A stretch of 45,256 bases of DNA from Gemmatimonadaceae bacterium (GCA_046595175.1 JBKJPM010000013.1:1-45256); one strand, 5' to 3'. Positions 29,406 to 39,396 are shown, counted from the first letter of the stretch. Translations and numbers: made by a program. Notes: generated by a model not told the origin, from the letters alone.

Positions 29406-31961
29406 CTAAGCCGCTCCCGCTATCTCCAGCGGCTGCCGCGCCTCTGGCTCTGCTTCTTCCTTCGGAACGAGGGCAATTGCAAGAACCTCGTTCAAGTTCT
29501 CCACAGGATGGAATGTCAAAACCTTTCTGACCTCCTCAGGAACGTCATCGATGTCCGCTTCGTTCCCCTTCGGAATGATGATCGTGGTAATTCCCGCGCG
29601 ATGTGCACCCAGGACCTTCTCCTTCAATCCACCGATTGGCAGCGCCCGCCCGCGAAGCGTAATCTCACCCGTCATCGCTACATCTCGACGCACGGCGCGA
29701 TCCGACATTTCGGAAACCAGTGCTGTCGCAATCGCGAGCCCGGCACTGGGACCGTCCTTGGGAATCGCACCAGCAGGAACATGGATGTGTGCTTCGATCG
29801 CACCCAAACGATCCCGCGGAATTCCAAGACTGCTTGCGTTGTTCGTCGCGTAGGTAAAGGCAGCTCGCGCCGATTCCTTCATCACGTCGCCAAGCTGTCC
29901 GGTGAGAATAAGTGATACTGCTCCGCCTGGGCCAGTCTGCTCGTTGTCCGACATCCGGTTTCCGTAATACCGCCGAATCGAAGCCTCCACGAACATGATG
30001 TCACCGCCCATCGGCGTGTAGTACATGCCGGTGGCGATTCCAACTTCGTTCTGTTCATTGATGTGCTCCGGATGAACCTTCGGTCTTCCAAGCAGCTCGC
30101 GAACCAATTCAGGAGTCACGTGATGATCGATCTCCTCGCTCGCTGCAATCTTCCTCGCAAGCTTTCGGGCAACCGCACCAATCTGTCGCTCAAGCTGACG
30201 CACTCCGCTTTCGCGTGTGTAGCTCGACACAATGGCCATGATCGCTTCATCGGTAAATTCGATCTTCTTGTCTGAGAGTCCTGAATCTTCCAGCTGCCGC
30301 GGCAGCAGGTACTTCTTCGCGATTTCCGCTTTTTCGCGCTCAGTGTAGCCCGCGAAATCCACGACTTCCATTCTGTCCAGCAGCGGACCCGGAATGTTCT
30401 GGATGAAGTTTGCCGTCGCAATGAACAGCACTTCGCTCAGGTCGAACGGAACGCCGAGATAGTGATCGGTGAACGTGTCGTTCTGGGCGGGATCCAAAAC
30501 TTCGAGCAGAGCGCTAGATGGATCGCCTTGGTAGGACTGCCCAAGCTTGTCCACTTCGTCGAGCAGGAAGACGGGGTTTTTCTTCCCCGCCTGTTTCATT
30601 CCCTGAATGATTCGTCCCGGCATTGCGCCAACATATGTGCGTCGGTGCCCGCGAATATCCGCTTCGTCTCGAGCACCCCCGAGTGCGACACGGACATACT
30701 CGCGTCCAAGCGAGCGCGCGATGGATTTGGCGATCGAAGTCTTGCCGACTCCCGGAGGTCCGACGAACAGCAGGATTGGGCCGCGCGCCATTGCACGCGA
30801 CTTGGCTTCCGATGAATCAGTTATAGGCCGATCATCATCCTCGCCGTCGGCCAGTGAAGGTGTCGCTTCATCTTTCTCCGCCTTCAAGCGGGCGACAGGA
30901 ACTTCTCCCGTTGTCTCGACTTCCTCGGCGAGTTGCTTTGCGCGCAACTGGCGCACGGCAAGGAACTCGAGTACGCGATCCTTCACGTCCTTGAGTCCGT
31001 AATGATCTTCTTCTAGCACGATCGCTGCGTTATTCAGCTCCAGCTGATCGTCGGATCTGTCGTTCCATGGCAACTCCGCAATCCACTCCAGATAGGTGCG
31101 GATAACCTGCGCTTCCATCGACTCCCGACCGGCGCGTTCGAGTCTTCCCAGCTCGCGCTCGACTTCTGCACGCGCGTCCTTCGGCAGGACGAGCTTTGCA
31201 AGCTTGTCACGCAGCTCGGTCATTTCCTTGGACTGATCGTCGTCACCCAGTTCCTTCTGAATCGCCTTGAGCTGCTCACGCAAATACATCTCGCGCTGAC
31301 GTTCCCCAAGCTCCTCCTGAACCTGTGACTTGATGTCTTCCTGTGCCTCCAGCAGTCCAACCTGCCGCTGGACCTGGACGAGCACTCGGCGCAGCCGGTC
31401 CTCGACACTCAGTGTCTCCAGAAGCCCCTGTTTTTCGGGGACGGGCAGGTCGATATATCCCGCTACCAGATCCGCAAACTTTCCAGGCTCGGTAACTGAA
31501 TCCAGAACCTGGTGCACCACTTCTTCCGGCAGTCCGCGGCGCTCGCCCAATTCTGCGGCACGCTCGCGCGTTTCCTTCTGAAGCGCTGTGAATGCTGGAT
31601 CTTCGAGGTCGGGCGGAACCATTTCTTCAGCGGGAATGACAACCGCGCTGAGGTACCCTTCGTTTGTGGAGTATTGAAGCGATGTCGCGCGCTGTTCGCC
31701 CTGCAACAGCAACTGAACTCCGCCGAGGCCGCGTTGAATCTGGCCGATTCGCGCGATGACTCCCATGGAGTAGAGAATCTCGGGATTCGGTTCTTCCGTA
31801 TTATCCCTTTGTGCGACCGCAAAGATGAGTCGGTCATTTTTGAGGGCGGCTTCAATTGCGCGCAGGGTTCCAGGGCGACCGGCCGCAATGGGCATGGTGA
31901 GTCCCGGAAAAATCACCGTTCCACGCAGGGGAAGAACTGGCATTGTCTGTCTTTGTGACAT
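29406..31961 (-). CDS. lon: ATP-dependent Lon protease
   Basis: Lon N-domain PVLPLR, GPPGVGKTS, GHRRTYVGAMPG, PKDGPSAG (catalytic Ser), GGLKEK. Confidence 0.96.
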   Translation of the reverse strand: MSQRQTMPVLPLRGTVIFPGLTMPIAAGRPGTLRAIEAALKNDRLIFAVAQRDNTEEPNPEILYSMGVIARIGQIQRGLGGVQLLLQGEQRATSLQYSTNEGYLSAVVIPAEEMVPPDLEDPAFTALQKETRERAAELGERRGLPEEVVHQVLDSVTEPGKFADLVAGYIDLPVPEKQGLLETLSVEDRLRRVLVQVQRQVGLLEAQEDIKSQVQEELGERQREMYLREQLKAIQKELGDDDQSKEMTELRDKLAKLVLPKDARAEVERELGRLERAGRESMEAQVIRTYLEWIAELPWNDRSDDQLELNNAAIVLEEDHYGLKDVKDRVLEFLAVRQLRAKQLAEEVETTGEVPVARLKAEKDEATPSLADGEDDDRPITDSSEAKSRAMARGPILLFVGPPGVGKTSIAKSIARSLGREYVRVALGGARDEADIRGHRRTYVGAMPGRIIQGMKQAGKKNPVFLLDEVDKLGQSYQGDPSSALLEVLDPAQNDTFTDHYLGVPFDLSEVLFIATANFIQNIPGPLLDRMEVVDFAGYTEREKAEIAKKYLLPRQLEDSGLSDKKIEFTDEAIMAIVSSYTRESGVRQLERQIGAVARKLARKIAASEEIDHHVTPELVRELLGRPKVHPEHINEQNEVGIATGMYYTPMGGDIMFVEASIRRYYGNRMSDNEQTGPGGAVSLILTGQLGDVMKESARAAFTYATNNASSLGIPRDRLGAIEAHIHVPAGAIPKDGPSAGLAIATALVSEMSDRAVRRDVAMTGEITLRGRALPIGGLKEKVLGAHRAGITTIIIPKGNEADIDDVPEEVRKVLTFHPVENLNEVLAIALVPKEEAEPEARQPLEIAGAA

Positions 31962-32158
31962 TGCGATATCTATAGGAAAGTTAGCATTACGAAATCAAAG
32001 GCTAGCGTCGCTTTCGTAACGCTATACTTTGGGAGAGACCGGGAGACACATCTGTCTCCGCTCCCACGAGACCCATCAGATTGCATATTTCAGTCTTGCT
32101 GATTTACGCCACCCGGGCATGAATAGCAATTTCATTGCTGCCGGGTTGACACGGAGCT

Positions 32159-34150
32159 ATGCCAATAGGACCTGAAGACGAACTCAAAGCCCACGTATCA
32201 TCTGTTCTCTCTGCAAACTATGAGCTAGAGAGCGAGATCGGTCGCGGAGGTATGGGTGTGGTCTATTGCGCCCGGGATCGTCGACTCAAACGTTCCGTGG
32301 CCGTAAAGGTGCTGCCGCCCGAGTTGGGATACCGCAGCGATATCAGGCAGCGCTTCCTAAGGGAAGCTGAAACAGCCGCCCAGCTGAATCACCCTAACAT
32401 CGTTCCGATCTACACCGTCGAGGAAAAAGACAACCTCGTCTATTTCGTCATGGCATTCATTTCCGGGGACAATCTTGGGAAGGTGATCACTGACCGCGGC
32501 GCGATGGATCCCGATGACGTTCGCCGGATTCTGCGGGAAGTGTCGGATGCCCTCGCATACGCGCACCATCGCAACGTGATTCATCGGGACATCAAGCCGG
32601 ATAATATTCTCATTGACGCTGACAGCGGACGGGCGATGGTCACCGACTTCGGTATCGCGCGTGCACTCACCGATTCGAGCGACTCCCGACTGACCGCTAC
32701 GGGAATGGCGATCGGAACGCCGGCATTCATGTCCCCGGAACAGTCAGCGGGTGACTCGCAGATCGATGGACGGAGCGACCTGTATTCCCTGGGTGTCGTT
32801 GGCTACCAGATGCTTTGCGGCGAGCTGCCATTTGATGCGCCGAATACTCCGATGATGCTTGTGAAGCATTTGTCAGAAATCCCGGTGTCGGTCAACGAGC
32901 GCACTGCCGGTATTCCGCTGGATCTTTCGCGTGCAGTCATGATGTGCCTGGAGAAGAATCCGGCAGATCGATTCCCCAACGCCAACTCGCTCAGCACCGC
33001 GCTTTCGACGGGTGACATCCCAACCTTGATTGCGCGCGCGCAGCCGTCGCCGCCGCCTCCGCTACGCAGCAGCTCGATGGGTTCGCGCGCGTCGGTTGGC
33101 ATGCCGTCCCTTCGAACACAGCAGGCCGCCAGTCCGCAGATGCCGACGAGGTACTCGTCGGGCTCCCGGTCAGCTGCAACGAACGATGACTACGAGCGCT
33201 GGAACGCGCCGCAGGTCGTCAAGTTCAGGAAACGCCTCGCTCCATACCTCGCCGTAAACGCCGTCCTGATTCCCGCCGGCATTTTTGGGAATAACGGATT
33301 TTTCTTCGCGACGATCTGGTGGACGGTTGCCATGGCCGTTCAGTACTCCAAGCTCTGGCAGGCAGGCTACGACTGGAAGGATGTGTTCCGTCAACCTCGC
33401 GACAGACTGTTCGTGGATGTTGCCGCTGAGACGATCGATGATGCGCGCGCTCTCTTCGATGAAAAGAAACGAGAGCAGGTGCGTGCTCGTGCAAGGCGCC
33501 GCACTGGAACTGGGGGACTGTTTAGTCCGCTTCCGCCCATACAGCCGTCCATGGGAAGGCTTGGCGGTGGCAGGGAGTCGCGCGACAGACAGCCCGCAAA
33601 CGGTGCTGACTATTCGGCGATCAATTCCCGGTATGCGGGAACCGTTCAGCAGGCCGCATCTGATCGTGACGAGATTCAGCGCCACCTCGCGCAGCTTGGT
33701 GAGGGCGAACGTTCGAATGTGCCCGATGTAGCCCAGGCTGCCGACGCTCTGTTTCAGAAAATTCGCCAGCTTGCAGCCCGCCTTGATGAAATCGACAATA
33801 GCGGTGACCAGCCTTCGGAAGCTGAGCTCGAGAGCGAGATCACCAAGCTGGAAGACCAGGCCAATCCTCTCGACTTCAACGCCAGCGAATCGCGCGTTCG
33901 TCGTCTTGCGCAACTGAAGCGGCAGCGCCGTATTGTGGTGGATCTCGCGCGCAAACGCGAAGAAGCGGCCGGAAAACTCGAGAACTGCAGGATGCTGCTT
34001 CGCAGTATGAAGCTGGAGCTGCTGCGATATCGGTCCGCCGGACTCGGCGGCCCCGCGACAGGCCTCACAATGGTCACGCAACAAGTGCAGTCGGTTGTGC
34101 GCGACCTGGGCTACCTCTCGGACGCTGCTGCAGAAGTAAGAGCGCTGTAA
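32159..34150 (+). CDS. Serine/threonine protein kinase with C-terminal membrane hairpin and coiled-coil domain
   Basis: GRGGMG, VAVK, HRDIKPDN, DFG, GTPAFMSPE; Pro/Ser linker; two hydrophobic segments followed by a helical tail. Confidence 0.93.
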   Translation: MPIGPEDELKAHVSSVLSANYELESEIGRGGMGVVYCARDRRLKRSVAVKVLPPELGYRSDIRQRFLREAETAAQLNHPNIVPIYTVEEKDNLVYFVMAFISGDNLGKVITDRGAMDPDDVRRILREVSDALAYAHHRNVIHRDIKPDNILIDADSGRAMVTDFGIARALTDSSDSRLTATGMAIGTPAFMSPEQSAGDSQIDGRSDLYSLGVVGYQMLCGELPFDAPNTPMMLVKHLSEIPVSVNERTAGIPLDLSRAVMMCLEKNPADRFPNANSLSTALSTGDIPTLIARAQPSPPPPLRSSSMGSRASVGMPSLRTQQAASPQMPTRYSSGSRSAATNDDYERWNAPQVVKFRKRLAPYLAVNAVLIPAGIFGNNGFFFATIWWTVAMAVQYSKLWQAGYDWKDVFRQPRDRLFVDVAAETIDDARALFDEKKREQVRARARRRTGTGGLFSPLPPIQPSMGRLGGGRESRDRQPANGADYSAINSRYAGTVQQAASDRDEIQRHLAQLGEGERSNVPDVAQAADALFQKIRQLAARLDEIDNSGDQPSEAELESEITKLEDQANPLDFNASESRVRRLAQLKRQRRIVVDLARKREEAAGKLENCRMLLRSMKLELLRYRSAGLGGPATGLTMVTQQVQSVVRDLGYLSDAAAEVRAL

Positions 34151-34170
34151 CCGACACCAATCAAGCTAGA

Positions 34171-35328
34171 ATGGCGCGAATGATTTCGGCCTCGGTCGCA
34201 ATTTTGTTGCTTGTGACCGCCTGTGGCGATGCGAAATCGAAGGCGAAGACCACGGCTCTGGTGGATGCCAGGGGGTCGGCGGATTCCGTCAGGCGGGATT
34301 CGATTCAGCGTGCTTCCATCAAGCATGTCCCCACGCCCGATACTCTTCGCGGACTCTACATCAATCGCTGGGCGGCACTCGGCGAGAAGATGGGACAACT
34401 GATTGAAGTTGCTAAAACGACGGAAGTGAATGCGCTTGTCATAGACGTGAAGGACGACCGCGGATTTGTTCTATATCCGTCATCCGTTCCGCTTGCACGC
34501 GAAATCGGCGCGGATACAAATCGCGCGATGCCGCCGAAAAAGATCCGCTCAATTCTGGATTCGATGCAGGTTCACGGGATTTATCCGATCGCGAGAATCG
34601 TTGTCGCCAAGGATCCGCTGCTCGCTGGCAAGCACCTCGAGTGGGCGATCAAGAGAAAGAGCGACCTGCAGCCATGGCTGGACAAGAACGGCAAGCCGTG
34701 GCTGGATCCACACAACAAGGAAGTCTGGAGGTACGCGGCTGATCTTGCGCGAGAAGCTTATGACCTTGGCTTCAGCGAGGTTCAGTTCGACTACGTTCGC
34801 TTTCCCGATGAGAAGCGCCTCGTTTCCGAATCGGTTTATCCACTGGCTCAGGGACGGGTTCGCGCACAGGTGATTCGCGAGCAGCTTGGATATCTGCGCT
34901 CTCTTCTGAAGCCGTCTGGAATGCGTGTCACTGCCGATGTGTTCGGTCTCACCGCGACGGATACTACCGACATGGGGATTGGACAGCGCTGGGAGATGTT
35001 CGCAGATCAGGTGGACGTTGTGCTCCCGATGATCTACCCGTCCCACTTTGCGCCCGGCACATACAAGCTTTCCAATCCCAACGCGAATCCCTACTCCACA
35101 ATCGATCATTCGCTCAAGGACATTGCCCGGCGGAATGCTCCGTTGAAAAACGCGGCGAAAGTGGTTCCCTGGTACCAGGATTTTACCTTGGGACCGCCGC
35201 ACTACTACGCAGAGCAGATCCGAGCACAAAAGAAAGCCGGATATGACAACGGCTTCCATAGCTGGATTCTCTGGAATCCTGGAAGCCGTTACACACTTGC
35301 AGCGCTGGAACCGGAAACCCGTCGTTAG
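34171..35328 (+). CDS. Putative glycoside hydrolase lipoprotein (DUF4015/GH10-like TIM barrel)
   Basis: Lipobox VTAC; NALVIDVKDDRG, EVQFDYVRFP, MIYPSH, PWYQDF. Start may be ATG 34180. Confidence 0.8.
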   Translation: MARMISASVAILLLVTACGDAKSKAKTTALVDARGSADSVRRDSIQRASIKHVPTPDTLRGLYINRWAALGEKMGQLIEVAKTTEVNALVIDVKDDRGFVLYPSSVPLAREIGADTNRAMPPKKIRSILDSMQVHGIYPIARIVVAKDPLLAGKHLEWAIKRKSDLQPWLDKNGKPWLDPHNKEVWRYAADLAREAYDLGFSEVQFDYVRFPDEKRLVSESVYPLAQGRVRAQVIREQLGYLRSLLKPSGMRVTADVFGLTATDTTDMGIGQRWEMFADQVDVVLPMIYPSHFAPGTYKLSNPNANPYSTIDHSLKDIARRNAPLKNAAKVVPWYQDFTLGPPHYYAEQIRAQKKAGYDNGFHSWILWNPGSRYTLAALEPETRR

Positions 35329-35440
35329 TTACGACGCATTTCCTCCATTCGCTTCTGCATTTCCGGCTAAAATGTTGTTTAATGGCTAAGTCGTTGACAT
35401 AAAACAACTTACGTATTCCCGCTAGCGGTAATGCCATTTC

Positions 35441-36649
35441 TTGGTAATCTTACCCGCCTTGACCGTACCCAGTTCAGCATCAGAACCCGTCCCGGGCGCG
35501 TTAACCCCCGGTACAGACCCTATTGCCCAGGCACCCGAAGCAGGGGAAGACTCACCTCCACAGAAGGTGACTTTTCCGCTTGGGTGGCTGCTCGAACACG
35601 CATCGCCAGCAATTCAATATCGGTCAGCGGCGGACGTCGCTCGCATGCCTGCGGATTCGCTACGTGAAATTGATTGGTTGCCCTACGCCCACAAGCCCGC
35701 AATCAGGCTGGCGGTAGCGCAGAGTGTCGATGGAATGTGGAATAACTGCATGCTCTCCGTGCCCGCTAGGAGCCCACACGATTTCTCAAGTGTGGGGACG
35801 ATTCCTGCCGTACGTCGCCTGCTTGAGTACGGGTGGGATCGAGAATCACCGCCAATAGCACAGGCGCGACGCATTCTGTTCCGGCTTCTCGCTGAAGACA
35901 ACGATCCGAATTACCTGTATGAGCTCAGGCCGAAGACCCGCGACGATGACGCCGTCATTCGCGGGCGTCTCGTATTGCGTGAAGCAGCAGCAGCTGCGCT
36001 CGCACAGGCAGGGTATGAATCCGATCCACGTGTGCGTGGAGCTGCGCGGCGCATCCTCGAACGCACCGACGCGTTCCTGAATTCACCGCTCGCGGAAAAG
36101 CCGTTCATCCGTGTCGGAAATCAGCACGTTCTCTCTCCCGAGGCTCATCCGCCTTCTCTCTACTCGCTCACGATGCTTGCACACATGCCGATCTTCCGGC
36201 AGGAGCAGTACACGGAAATCGAACGTATCTATGAGTACCTGACCCGTCCACTTCCGCGGCAGGAAGCAATCCAGTTCGTCGGCAAGAAAGCTGTGACTCA
36301 GCCCCACATGGTGCTGGGTGACATGCTGCCGCATCGCAACGCTGTAGAGTCGGACGTTCCGTTTGCGCTCATGTGGCTGGAGACAATGGCCCGGCTCAAC
36401 CTGCTCAGACGAAATGAAAACTGGATGAAGATGTATGAGCGTTTTGTGGACGATCGCAATCGCGATGGGGTGTGGCACCCGCACAAGGGATTGGACACAC
36501 CTACTACATCCAATCCGCGGGTGTGGCCCAGCTTTCCGCTCGAGGACACGACTGGATCCGATCGCGGCGCGGATGTCCGCTGGGCGGACGTCACTTTCCG
36601 GATCGGACTTATAGCGCGCCTGTTAGGCAGCGAGATCGAGCTCATCTAA
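35441..36649 (+). CDS. Hypothetical protein, possibly an alpha/alpha toroid (prenyltransferase/squalene-oxidase-repeat-like)
   Basis: Long ORF with WLLE..PAIQYR, QSVDGMW and RNRDGVW (QW-like repeats). Start uncertain (35441 or 35459). Confidence 0.7.
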   Translation: MVILPALTVPSSASEPVPGALTPGTDPIAQAPEAGEDSPPQKVTFPLGWLLEHASPAIQYRSAADVARMPADSLREIDWLPYAHKPAIRLAVAQSVDGMWNNCMLSVPARSPHDFSSVGTIPAVRRLLEYGWDRESPPIAQARRILFRLLAEDNDPNYLYELRPKTRDDDAVIRGRLVLREAAAAALAQAGYESDPRVRGAARRILERTDAFLNSPLAEKPFIRVGNQHVLSPEAHPPSLYSLTMLAHMPIFRQEQYTEIERIYEYLTRPLPRQEAIQFVGKKAVTQPHMVLGDMLPHRNAVESDVPFALMWLETMARLNLLRRNENWMKMYERFVDDRNRDGVWHPHKGLDTPTTSNPRVWPSFPLEDTTGSDRGADVRWADVTFRIGLIARLLGSEIELI

Positions 36650-36662
36650 TACACAACTGAAA

Positions 36663-37541
36663 ATGAAGCGACCTCTCTCGCCCCAGGAAATGTTTCCGGC
36701 CGGCGAGAAAAACTATCGCGTACACAACCTTCAGCTTTCAGACCTCCTTCGTGTACGGGTCGTTGAGAGCGGAGATGAAAACAATCCCGCAGTGATGTTG
36801 CTGCACGGATGGGGATGCTCCGCGTTCGCTTTTCACAAGAACATAGACGCGCTTGTCGCCGCCGGACGCAGGGTAGTTGTTCCGGATTTGAAGGGGCACG
36901 GACTCTCTGAAAAGCCGGAATCACCGAAGAGTTATTCAACTGTCGCAATGGTGAATCACATCGGACAAATTGCCGACGCGCTTCACCTTGGAAACTTTGC
37001 GGTTGTGGGTCATTCACTGGGAGCTGCCCTCGCGCTCCGGTTTGCGATTGCAAATCCGCGAAGGGTTACAGCGCTCGGCCTCCTCTCTCCCGTCGGAACG
37101 TCGGGACTCGCCTTCTTGCCGCTTGTCAGGATTTTGAGCCCTCGTGCTTCGATCCCGTTTTGGCGAATGCTCAACACGCAATGGCTGACACGCTTTTTTC
37201 TGTGGCTGGCGTATGGAAAATTTGCATTGCCGGGCGAGCGCGAAATTGAAGAATACTGGGCCCCCTCCCAGTTTCCCGAGTTTACGACCGCACTGAGGCA
37301 TCTGATCCACCAGTTGAACTGGGGACCGATTTACATAGGAGGCCTGGATGCATACAACATCCCCGTTCTCCTCCTCAGTGGAAGCCAGGATCATTTGTGC
37401 CGCAAGCGAACTCTGAAGCACATTTCCAAGTCGCTGCGCTGCAGTCCGCAAGTGATCGACGGAGCCGGTCACCTGATTCTGTCAGAAACGCCGGAAAGGG
37501 TCAACAAAGCCTTGGTTGGTCTCCTCTCCGGAAAGGGCTGA
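36663..37541 (+). CDS. Alpha/beta fold hydrolase
   Basis: LLHGWG, DLKGHGLS, GHSLG, GSQD, GAGH. Confidence 0.9.
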   Translation: MKRPLSPQEMFPAGEKNYRVHNLQLSDLLRVRVVESGDENNPAVMLLHGWGCSAFAFHKNIDALVAAGRRVVVPDLKGHGLSEKPESPKSYSTVAMVNHIGQIADALHLGNFAVVGHSLGAALALRFAIANPRRVTALGLLSPVGTSGLAFLPLVRILSPRASIPFWRMLNTQWLTRFFLWLAYGKFALPGEREIEEYWAPSQFPEFTTALRHLIHQLNWGPIYIGGLDAYNIPVLLLSGSQDHLCRKRTLKHISKSLRCSPQVIDGAGHLILSETPERVNKALVGLLSGKG

Positions 37542-37580
37542 ACTCGAATTGACTACAAGCCCGGTTATATTGAGTCGTAC

Positions 37581-38819
37581 ATGATGAAAAGAAAGACAAA
37601 AGCGGACGAAACCAAAAAGTCGGACAACAGCGCTCCCGCAGTTGAAACCCTCGAAAGAAAAACATTTGCGGATCTCGGCCTGGTTTCCGAACTGCTTGAT
37701 GCAGTGCGTGACGCGGGCTATGAGCACCCCACTCCGATTCAGGCCCAGGCCATCCCCGTTGCTCTGGCGGGAAGGGACATAATCGGGCTCGCGCAGACCG
37801 GGACAGGAAAAACTGCGGGCTTTACTCTTCCAATAATCCAGCGCCTGCTGGACTCGGTGCCGACGGACATTCGCGGAAACGACGAGAAGATGCAGCACGT
37901 TGTGCGCGCACTCATTCTTACACCAACCCGCGAACTGGCCGCGCAGGTGGAAGAGAGCTTTCGCAAATACGGGCTGCACTCCGGTTTGCGCGTGGTTCCG
38001 GTCTTTGGCGGTGTTTCGCTCGATGCGCAGCAGAAAAAACTGCGGAGAGGCGTTGATGTGATTGTGGCCACGCCCGGACGGCTCCTGGACCACATGGAAC
38101 GACAGAACGCTGTGCTCGACGATCTGGAAATTCTCGTCCTCGATGAGGCCGACCGCATGCTGGATATGGGATTTGCGCCGCAGCTCAATCGCATCGTCAA
38201 GGAATTGCCGCGCTTCCGGCAGACGCTGCTCTTCAGCGCCACAATGCCACCTGAAGTTGAGGCGCTCGCGAGAAATTATTTGCGGAAGCCCATGGTCATC
38301 CAGGTGGGACGAAGATCGGAGGCGGCAAGCACCGTTACACATGCAGTCTATCCGGTGCCGCAAAACAAGAAGACCGAGCTGCTCGTTCAGCTTCTGAGCG
38401 AGAAAGGCGTGGATTCTGTTCTCATTTTCACGCGCACCAAACACGGTGCGGACAAAGTGGTGCGGGCCCTTCAAACCGCAGGAATCGAAGCGACCGCAAT
38501 GCACGCTGACAAGTCCCAAGGTGAACGCACCCGCGCGCTGGAAGATTTCAAGAGCGGAAAAATCCGCGTGCTTGTCGCCACCGACATCGCCCAGCGCGGT
38601 CTCGACGTTTCAGGAATTACGCACGTGATCAACTACGACGTTCCTCAGCAGCCCGAAGATTATGTCCACCGTATTGGCCGCACCGGCAGGGCCGCAGCGT
38701 CCGGTGATGCTTTTACGTTTATGTCGCCCGACGAGATTGCAATGGTGCGCACGATCGAACGCACAATCGCCCAGCAGATTCCGCGAATATCGGTTCCCGG
38801 ATACGACTTTGGCACCTAG
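37581..38819 (+). CDS. DEAD-box RNA helicase (RhlE-like)
   Basis: PTPIQ, AQTGTGKT, PTRELA, DEAD, SAT, HRIGRTGR. Confidence 0.93.
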   Translation: MMKRKTKADETKKSDNSAPAVETLERKTFADLGLVSELLDAVRDAGYEHPTPIQAQAIPVALAGRDIIGLAQTGTGKTAGFTLPIIQRLLDSVPTDIRGNDEKMQHVVRALILTPTRELAAQVEESFRKYGLHSGLRVVPVFGGVSLDAQQKKLRRGVDVIVATPGRLLDHMERQNAVLDDLEILVLDEADRMLDMGFAPQLNRIVKELPRFRQTLLFSATMPPEVEALARNYLRKPMVIQVGRRSEAASTVTHAVYPVPQNKKTELLVQLLSEKGVDSVLIFTRTKHGADKVVRALQTAGIEATAMHADKSQGERTRALEDFKSGKIRVLVATDIAQRGLDVSGITHVINYDVPQQPEDYVHRIGRTGRAAASGDAFTFMSPDEIAMVRTIERTIAQQIPRISVPGYDFGT

Positions 38820-39235
38820 TGCCGGACGCGGCCCAGTCGCGACACAAAAAGTGAGTCAACAGCCCGTCCGCGCCGGATCACCAGCGTAAGATTAGCGGCG
38901 CCATATCCAATCCCATTCGCTGATAAGGTGAGGGACGGGCGTGAGCTGCTGATTCTCACCTGATGCGCCAGTCCAAGATCGCGTTTCAGGATTGTATCTG
39001 ATCCGCTCCTGACGATCATCAAGCTTTTCGCGGTATCGATGTCTATAGTGGCTTGAGCTGCATGGCTCACTGCCGCGCTTCGAGCCGAGGAAAAAACCGC
39101 GAAGGCATCGCTCGCGGCGCCGTGAACGCTGATGCTGTCCATAAAGCCAGCCGCGCGTGGGACTGCGACGGCTGATAGGATGCCGATTATCGTGATTGCG
39201 GCGACGCAGTCCAATAGGGTGAAGCCCTTAGCCAT
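38816..39235 (-). CDS. Prepilin-type (FimT/GspH-like) minor pilin
   Basis: MAKG|FTLLDCVAAITIIGILSAVAVP class III signal; ARSAAV; C-terminal VSRLGRVR. Confidence 0.8.
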   Translation of the reverse strand: MAKGFTLLDCVAAITIIGILSAVAVPRAAGFMDSISVHGAASDAFAVFSSARSAAVSHAAQATIDIDTAKSLMIVRSGSDTILKRDLGLAHQVRISSSRPSLTLSANGIGYGAANLTLVIRRGRAVDSLFVSRLGRVRH

Positions 39236-39396
39236 GCCGAATTCTGCAACACCAAGTCCGCGCGCACGAACCGAAAGCCGGCGGCCGACAGCCAATACAG
39301 CCGGTAGCAGGCCGCCGAGGCAGTTCTCTTCACAGCTTCAACAGGAACCGGCCCCAAAGGGCCAGTTCCAATCCAATCCCTTTCTATATTAAAGAA

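Noticed and set aside
31981-32010. TTAGCA... as a CIRCE element near lon
   Set aside because: Does not match TTAGCACTC-N9-GAGTGCTAA beyond the first six bases.
37482-38519. 345-aa minus-strand ORF
   Set aside because: Antisense shadow of a DEAD-box helicase gene.
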